Assembly: GCF_009914755.1 (NCBI RefSeq)
Contig: NC_060932.1
From: the human T2T-CHM13v2.0 reference genome, Homo sapiens
DNA: 64,000 nucleotides
Direction: 5' to 3' (one strand)
Shown: positions 53,257 to 64,000 of the stretch, one piece after another
Layout: each line of letters opens with the position of its first letter
Numbering within the stretch: position 1 is the first letter of the stretch
Made by a program: the position numbers and the translations under genes
The notes under the pieces: model-generated
The model's input: only the letters and a program-made list of their open reading frames with translations
What the model was told of the DNA's origin: nothing
Database searches by the model: none

Positions 53257-55284
53257 CTAAGGACAGGCCAGGGCGGCGGGAGAGGCGGACCGGTGGCGTG
53301 GCTGGATCTGGGCGCGCTGTCGGACCTTCCACATCACCAGCTGCAGGCAGGCGTTTGCGTCCTCGCTGGAGTTGTGGCCGTCCTGGCTGTCCTGGATGAT
53401 CTGTGCCAGGTAGTCGGCCGCGAGATTCCTGAGGGAGCGCTTGTAGGGGAAACCCAGGTAGTGCGGGAAGAGCACGGCCGTGTCCACCACGGTGCTGTGG
53501 ATGAGCTTCAGGGCCAGCAGGTCGCTCTCCAGGCTGTGCCCGATGAGGATGGTTTGGGCGCTGAAAAAGCTCAGCAGGATGGCTTGGACTTGGGGCAACG
53601 TGATGCTCGTCTTGGCGACGTCGGCCTCGGTGACTCCGGAAAACCTGGTGTTGTAGTCCACGATCTCGTTGTCGGGCTTGACGAAGGTGTCGTACACCAC
53701 TCGCATGTCGGCGTCCACCACGGTGACGCGGGTCAGCTCTAGGCCATGCGTAGTGTAGCACATCTCACAGTCCAAGGCGTAGATTCCTGGATAAGCGTCT
53801 CTGGACAACTCTTTCTTGAAGGTCTCCACGAAGCCATCGAGGCTCTCCTTGCGGCCGTCCCGCACGTGCTGCTTTGCCACCTGGCAGCCCACAGAGCCAG
53901 GAGCAGCTGCACAGCAGGTGTACTGGCTAACCCGGCCTCCAGCCACCTGGCTCGAGCGGACCCGCCCCCAGTGATAATAACACAACTGGTCGCGTACACA
54001 GCGGCCCGAGGAGGACACCAGGTACTCGGTGCCACAACGGCAGCAGACCCTGCAGGAGGAGTCGCCGGGCCCCTTCCCCTGGCCAGTGAAGAGGACGGCG
54101 CCTCCGGGCCGCTCGGGGTGCGGGAAGGGGTAGCCGTTCTCCTTGAGCTGGTCCTGGGTGAGCAGGAACTCCTGGAGGCGGCTGTACAGGGCGGCCCTGC
54201 TGAGGCCGGGCATGGAGCTGGGGGTCAGGCCCTTCAGTCTCTTGAGGGTGTTCAGGACCACGTTCAGGTACCTGTTCTTGTTGGGGCTGCAGTCGTAGGC
54301 CACCTTCTCCTCGTTCAGCGCCTTCTCCTCGGCCTCCTGCTTGGAGGCGCAGAACTTGAGACACTCTTCGGTGAACAGTTGGAGATAGCCTCGGCGGAGG
54401 ACGGTGGGGACTTGGCACCCAGAGCTTCGGAGGATAATGGGTTTCTTCAAACTCAAACTCGGTAAGGATGCACGACGGACGATTCGCTTAGAGCTGGTGG
54501 TGGCGGTGGTCTTGCATGCCATCCCTGACCTGTTGCGCGTCTTCCCTGGCTGTCTGCCGACCTTGGAGCCACGGGAGCGTTGGCTGCTGCTGGCCACCCG
54601 GGTTCTCTTGGCATCTGTGTAACCTGTGACCAAGCAAGGGCTGGAAGAGTGGGCGATCGTCTTCCTCTTCCTGGGGGCTGAGATGCGGACTCCCGAGGGC
54701 CTCTCTGTCAGCCTTGGGGCGGCTGGCAAGCGGCAGGCCGATCCCCTCTGCGCAGGGAAGTAGCACGACTCCGTCACCATCTTGGGCCACGCTGGGGGCA
54801 CCGCCGGACCCCTGTTCTGGGGCTCCGCCTGGATGTCCACAAATGCTGAGGCCTGCTTGTGCATCTGGGGCACCCAGAGCCCGAAGCTCTGGGCAGGCTG
54901 ATGAGAGGGCAGTGGGAATTCTGGAGCCTCGAGGGCCGCCTCCTCGGCCACCTTCTTAGCTTCTGGGTATCCAGGTGGGAACCAGCAGGGAGCTGTGGCT
55001 CGCAACATCTTGCTGCCTTCGGGAGCACCGGCCGGGCTCTGCTCCGCTCCCAAATGGCGGCTTGCCTCCGGGGCCGCCTCCTTGGCCACCTTCTTAGCTT
55101 CTGGGTATCCAGGGCGGAACCAGCAGGGAGCTGTGGCTCGCAACATCTTGCTGCCTTCGGGAGCACCGGCCTGGCTCTGCTCCCCTCCCAAATGGCGGCT
55201 TGCCTCCAGGGCCGCCTCCTCGGCCACCTTCTTAGCTTCTGGGTATCCAGGGGGGAACCAGCAGGGAGCTGTGGCTCGCAACAT
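53257..55284 (-). CDS. REXO1L1: REXO1-like exonuclease GOR, copy 5
   Basis: Intact ORF with variants KVAKE and RRAS. Confidence 0.9.
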   Translation of the reverse strand: MLRATAPCWFPPGYPEAKKVAEEAALEASRHLGGEQSQAGAPEGSKMLRATAPCWFRPGYPEAKKVAKEAAPEASRHLGAEQSPAGAPEGSKMLRATAPCWFPPGYPEAKKVAEEAALEAPEFPLPSHQPAQSFGLWVPQMHKQASAFVDIQAEPQNRGPAVPPAWPKMVTESCYFPAQRGSACRLPAAPRLTERPSGVRISAPRKRKTIAHSSSPCLVTGYTDAKRTRVASSSQRSRGSKVGRQPGKTRNRSGMACKTTATTSSKRIVRRASLPSLSLKKPIILRSSGCQVPTVLRRGYLQLFTEECLKFCASKQEAEEKALNEEKVAYDCSPNKNRYLNVVLNTLKRLKGLTPSSMPGLSRAALYSRLQEFLLTQDQLKENGYPFPHPERPGGAVLFTGQGKGPGDSSCRVCCRCGTEYLVSSSGRCVRDQLCYYHWGRVRSSQVAGGRVSQYTCCAAAPGSVGCQVAKQHVRDGRKESLDGFVETFKKELSRDAYPGIYALDCEMCYTTHGLELTRVTVVDADMRVVYDTFVKPDNEIVDYNTRFSGVTEADVAKTSITLPQVQAILLSFFSAQTILIGHSLESDLLALKLIHSTVVDTAVLFPHYLGFPYKRSLRNLAADYLAQIIQDSQDGHNSSEDANACLQLVMWKVRQRAQIQPRHRSASPAALACP

Positions 55285-55340
55285 CTTGCTGCCTTCGGGA
55301 GCACCGGCCTGGCTCTGCTCCTCTCCCAACTGGCGGCTTC

Positions 55341-55433
55341 AATGAGTGCTGCGGCCGCCACTTGTCGCCTTTATATAGGCACAGGGCAGACTGGGTGGGA
55401 CTTCTCCTTGATAGGTTGGTGCTTCAGTCCAAT
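55341..55433 (-). promoter_or_regulatory. CCAAT/TATA promoter of copy 5
   Basis: cctttatata at 55368-55377 with ccaat upstream. Confidence 0.7.
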
Positions 55434-55822
55434 CACACTGAGCCTCATCTTCCACCAGACTCCAGCTTGGGAATGCCTCAGGGGGTGCGCTAATGGAATC
55501 AACTGGAACTCCCGGTTGCTAAACTTGGAGCTAGGTTGCTTTTCCTGAGTTAAGTAACTGTCCCTGCAGGGCAGTCCTATAATGGCTACTGGAATTGGGC
55601 TACCTAGGATTAAATTAAGGTTCAGGGAGGTTGGTCAACTTGCTTGGGCCCACACAGCACCCCTTGGAGCCAGGACTGGGCCAGCAGTCTGCTGCATGCT
55701 GGAGGGCGGGATCCCTCTGGGGCTGCCTTTCCCTGCTCTGTGCACTCCGCCGCTGCGGGCAAATTGAGGACAGGAAGCGGACCGCACCCACTTCTCTCCC
55801 AGGACTTGGGCAATGTTCAACA

Positions 55823-56711
55823 CAGGTGGTCTTCCAAAGGTTCATAGAAAATGCACATGGTGAAGAAACTATGCATGGATTTCCACTGGTGTGCACTAAA
55901 ATAAACTTGTCCTAACTTCTGATAACCTTTCTGAACTAGATCTAGTTTGAGGCACTAAGAAGGATGAGACATCCACTGAAAAGGACTCCCATCAGAGCAA
56001 CATGAATTCCACGAAAATTGCAGCAAGAGGAAACATCAAATTTATGGTGAAGCTTGGGTGGAAGATTGAAGAAATCATTGACGTTTTAAGAAAAGCTTGT
56101 AAGGACACTACCCCAAAGAAATGAACTCTTTACGAATGTATAGCTTGTTTCAAGAAGAGGTGAGAAGATGTGGAAGATGAATCCTGCAGTGGCTGTGAAA
56201 ACCACTGTGCCCAGATGAGCTGCAGTTACGACGAGAGCTATCAGTGGAAATTTTAAACAGGAGGGATCACGATCCTGACTCATCCCTCTGACAAATTGTA
56301 AGCGGCAGTTGGAACATGGCTTCACCAATATGATCGCCAAGGCAAAGCATCATGAAAGCGATGGCTACCAAGAGGTGGCAGTGGTCCAGTCAAAGGAAAA
56401 GGAGGCCAGTCAGGAGCCCACATCATGGCATCAGTGTTTTGGGACACTCAAGGCATTTTGCTTGTTGACTTTCTGAAAGGCCAAACATCTGCTTATTAGG
56501 AGAGTGTTCTGAGAAGCTTAGATAAAGCTTTGGTAGAAACATGCTGGGAAAGTCTCACTAGATCCTTGTTCACCACATCAATGCTCTGCTCATTCCTCTC
56601 ATCAAACAAGGGCAATTTTGTCAGTTTCAATGGGCAGTCCTTAGGAATTCACCTTACGGGCTGCTTTCATTCCTTCTAAATTCTTTTTGTTTCCTAATGA
56701 TAAAAAGTCTC
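55823..56711 (+). mobile_element. Hsmar2 remnant, array copy
   Basis: Inverted copy. Confidence 0.88.
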
Positions 56712-59151
56712 CTTGCCTTGCTTGGAAAGATGAGAGAAAGTCTCCTTGCCTTGTTTGGACAGATGAGAGATGAGATCCTCCTCTTCTCTCCCAGGACAGA
56801 ATGGTGAGACTTGAGTTTCCTTTCTCCTCACTCTTCTCCTCCTTGAGGGAGCTGCTGTGCCGGACAGACCTGCCCCCGTGTCTAGACACTGGTAGACTCG
56901 TTTAAGTTCCTCACAGGCAATCCTCCATGGGGTCAAAGTGGAAGGACTTATTTCTTCAGGGCTCAGTAGTCCACATCCTGGCGCGCACCTTCACCAGCCC
57001 AGGGCGGGGTAGAGGAGGGTGAAAGGGCGTGGCTCAGAGCCCGCTTCTTCCGCTCGGGCGTATCCTGGGAGGAACCCTTGTCCGGTGAGCATGTCTTCGT
57101 CTCTACCAAATTCCCTAGTGGGACATTTCTGGCAGCCCTACTTGTTCAGCAGCTTACGGGGGTCAGGTGGACCTCTGCTAGTCACCAGCCTGAAGCCCTT
57201 TCTCCATTTCAGCTATTTTGGCAGTTGCCTAGGTGACTTTTGAACCTCATTATCCAGAACAGCAAACGGACGAGGGGTGAGAAGAGTGGCCGTCTGGGTT
57301 TGCAGCATAGTGCTGCCTTCTAGGAGTTGTGCAGTCTTCGATTGTGTGAAACTTCACCTGGCTGATTTGTGGCAATGCCTCCACAAATTCGCTAAATTCA
57401 GTAGCTTTTGCCTTCCAAGATTCATTTACACAATGTTGAATGCTTTAAATGAATGAGCATGAAGAGTGCTGGGCTGGAAAGTGATGAGATGGGTGGTAGG
57501 GACTCCTCGGAGTAGAGGAGTAGAGTTTTACTATTATGACTAGGAGGCAAATAAAAAGAAGCTGAACGTGATCCATAATAAAAGAAGCACACACTCACAG
57601 AGCTCCATACCAACTACATTAAAATGGAAATCATGATATTTGGAAATACAACTTAATTGGAAATCATTAAGTAATCTCATCAACCTTTTTACAGTGGGTG
57701 GCAGGGCTATGGAGGGAAAACAGCAATGGTTCTGGCACCTACTTAACTTGATTCCATTAAATTCACCCAACAGGCCTCCAGAGAAGATATTACTGCTTTG
57801 ATATTACAAAGGGAAAAACAGCTATGGCGTCTCTGAAAAGCGCAACGTGCTAGGACTGGAATGACTTTAAAACCACACATAAATTTCTGAGAGATTTTTG
57901 CCATAAGGTACCATCCACCTTACTGTAAACCACATCCTAAAATTGTCTGCAGTGCAAATGGATTATGTGCATCCAACAGGAAACAGCATAGGTTGAGAAG
58001 CTGTTACTTAATAGCTTCATTGTCACCACGAGTGTAAAGTGTGGGGTCTCATCACTTTTGCACCCACGTTTTGCCTGTTGGTTTCTCCACACTGTCAGGA
58101 GCATTTGACCAACTCACTGTGGCTCAGGGTCCCTTACGCAGCCTGTTGGGGAAACCAGTGGGTATTGAAGACCTGCCTCTGGTGTGCCAGGAGGTTGTGC
58201 CTGCCGGCCACTCTGACTTGCGATCTTCCGCCTCAGTGTATGGCTTCCTACACCTGGGTAATTAACATAGCCAGCATGATAAGGAGGTCCTTTCATCACT
58301 ATTGCCACTAGTCCTTCCGACTCCTGTGCCCTGTTTCTCCTTTATTGGAACCCAAGAACGAGTAAACATAGCATTTTCAAACATCCCGCCCCCTTCCCTG
58401 GTAACACCAATATTCCACCATCCTAATTCCCTCACAAGCATTCAGTCTCTCCACCCTGAGGTGGTGAAATCCCTGCAGGCATTTATAAGTATACCTGGAC
58501 AGAAGAAATACAAGATACCGTTCTATTAACTCAATATAGTGTTGCTAAGTTCGTACTTGTGCTTGGTTTATGTTATTTTATAAATACGTATCACTCGCAT
58601 GGTTCCAAATGCGGTAGGCACAGAGAGTATATATGATGGAATTACATCCTCCTTCCCTGCACTCAGCAACCGAGATCTTCCCGCTACGGGCACTCAAAGG
58701 TTTCATTGTCTGAAATATCAGCCTAAACGTAGTTTATGTTTAGGAAGCAACAACCGTAAATAGGCCCACATCCAAACGGAGTGGATTTAGGTTTCACTTT
58801 TTCAAGGAAAAACCATCAAAGAATTTTTCCACATACTTATAAAGCATCCCACGTATAGAATCCATTTTTACTGACACAAATTTAGTACCAATAAACGACT
58901 CTTCTTCTCAATTTGTTTTATTTAACAATAAGTCTTGAACGTCATTCCCAGTTAACATTTTGAAGAGTTTCCTCTCTTTCGTTCTGTTTTAGCTGCAAAG
59001 TATTCTTCCGTAAGGATGAACGTACTATAATTTATTAGCCAGCCACTTAGTGATGTACAATTAAGCAGTTTTAAATCTTTGACTCTTGAAAATATTGTTT
59101 CTCACACATAAATATTTCTATAAAATAAATTAGTTGAATTAGAATTGTTGG

Positions 59152-59362
59152 AGTTCAAGACCAGCCTGGCCAACATGGTGAAACCCCATCTCTACTAGAA
59201 ACACAAAATTAGCCGGACATGCCGGTACATGCCTCTAATCTCAGGTGAGGCAGGAGAATCACTTCAACCTGGGAGGCAGAGGTTGTAGTGACTCGAAATC
59301 ACGCCACTGCACTCCAGCCTGGGCGACGCGAGCGAAACTCTGTCTCAAAAAACCAAAAAAAA
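59152..59362 (+). mobile_element. Truncated AluS-like SINE, array copy
   Basis: Inverted copy. Confidence 0.85.
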
Positions 59363-59490
59363 TTAAACATAAAAAGAAAAGCGGTACATATTCCCAATAG
59401 AACACAATTCAGCCTTAAAAAAGAAAGAAATCATCTCATTGGCAACACGAATGAGCCTAGAGGATGGTTCACTGAGTGAAAGAAAGCAAA

Positions 59491-59784
59491 GGCCAGGCAC
59501 GGTGGCTCATGCCTGTAATCCCAGTACTTTGGGAGGCCAAGGCAGGTGGAAGCGTTGAGCCCAGGAGTTGGAGATGAACCTGGGCAACATGGTGAAACCC
59601 CATCTCTAAAAGAAACACAAAAATTAGCCAAGTGTGGCGTTGGACGCCTGTAGTCCTAGCTATTCAGGAGGCTGAAGCGGGAGGAACTCTCGACCCCGGG
59701 AGGTGGAGGCCGTGGTGAGTGAGCCGTGTTTGTGTCACTGTACTCCAGCCTGGGTGACAGACTGAGACCCTGTCTCAAAAAATA
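59491..59784 (+). mobile_element. AluJ-like SINE, array copy
   Basis: Inverted copy. Confidence 0.9.
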
Positions 59785-61219
59785 AATAATTACATAATAA
59801 AGATTTAAAAAGCAAGCACAAAAAGACAAATACTGCATGATCTCACTTATATGTGCAATCTCAAACAATGCAACTCATAGCTGTAGAGAGCAGAACGGTG
59901 GTTACCCGAGGCAGGGGTCAGGGAGGGACTGGAGAGATGATAGTCTCATGATACAAAATTTCAGAGAGGAATGGTTCTAGAGATCTATTGAACAGCCTGG
60001 CATCTACAGTGTATAAGTATGTATTGTATACTTGAAAATTGCTATAAGAGTAGATTTTAGACATGTCCTCATCACATTAAAATCAGTATGTGAGGAAACG
60101 AGTGTGTTAATTAGCTTGATTTTGTCATTCCACAATGTATACACGTATGAAACATCATGTTGTATGCCATAAATATATATAATTTTTATTTGTCAAGTTA
60201 AAATTAAAATTCATATAAATTATAAAAATAAAATGAAATAACATACACTACAAAAGACGTTTATTTATTAAATCCCCACAGAAGGGGTCTAAGTGATAAA
60301 GGAAAATAAAATTCCGGGAACGGTAAAATCAATCAGAAATGCCCTACTTCAGTGCTTTCCGAAATTTGTCTGACAGAGTGGAAATCCAGTTTTTCACTAA
60401 GTCACTGTTCTGGAACAGTTTGTGTGTGTGTATGTATGTGTGTGAGGGCTCACATACACAAATTGAACTAATGGAAGTGTAAGCATTCAAATTATCAGTT
60501 TAATTTAGTTCTATACATATACACACACACACACTCACACACCGAAAACATTGATAAAATCAGCCATTCCAGCAAAACTAGCTACTTAGTGTCTATCTCT
60601 CCTTGAAGATTCAAACTAGAAATGAGGATTTAGAGAGGCATGATGGTTCGTTCTCTCTTGGAGCCCAGTTCGAAGTTGACTGACTGATTCAGTCATTGTA
60701 ATTGGTTGGTCTTGGGGAAGAATCCACTTTGACTCTTGGGAAGTCAGCTAGGTCAGCGGACAGAGCAGGGGCTCTGGAGCCAGACTGCCTGCACCCGACT
60801 TCTAGCTATGATACCTTGGATAAACTACTTATCACCTGGGCTTCAGGTTCCTCATCTGTAAAATGGGGATAAGAATGCTATCTCTCTCACAACTATTAGG
60901 AGGACTGACTGGGTTAATACGTGCAAAGTACCAAGTACATAAGAAACCAACAGCCAGTGCTCATTACAATCATTATTATTTTGGGCAAGTTAAGCCGCAT
61001 GGTTTCTTTAGGTATAAAATTAGGCTTTATTTACCTACCTGTTGGGTTGTTCCAAGGATTAATCACATAGTGTTCATGAATTCCCTTTATAAACTATTAT
61101 AGAAAAGAAATATAGTTAACATTAATTGAACACCTATTATGTGCGATCGTTTTAAGGCTTGCCATGTGCTGCTTCATTCAGTCCGCACCATGACATTAGG
61201 ATCACACTTTCGTTTTCCA

Positions 61220-64000
<2,781 letters not shown>

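Overview
Primate (most likely human) DNA from the REXO1L/GOR macrosatellite, known from human 8q21.2. The window holds about 5.2 copies of a ~12.19-kb unit (period 12,189 bp on +, 12,191 bp on -). Each unit has one intronless REXO1-like DEDDh exonuclease ORF (675 aa from the first ATG) with a CCAAT/TATA promoter, a 5'-truncated L1PA that splits a MIR, further MIRs, an old L1M 3' end interrupted by an AluJ, a truncated AluS-like element and a decayed Hsmar2 mariner. The main structural feature is an orientation switch at 26790-26792: two + genes face three - genes, forming a giant palindrome with ~23.8-kb arms inside the window and a ~2.98-kb spacer, joined by microhomology. Other notable signals are CpG gain rather than decay in the embedded old repeats, DUX/PRD-homeobox-like motifs upstream of the gene, a 138-bp triplication that turned 5'UTR into coding sequence, a template-switch hairpin inside the L1, and mosaic variant sharing between copies. 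Repeat-family calls rest on remembered consensus sequences, not on a database search.
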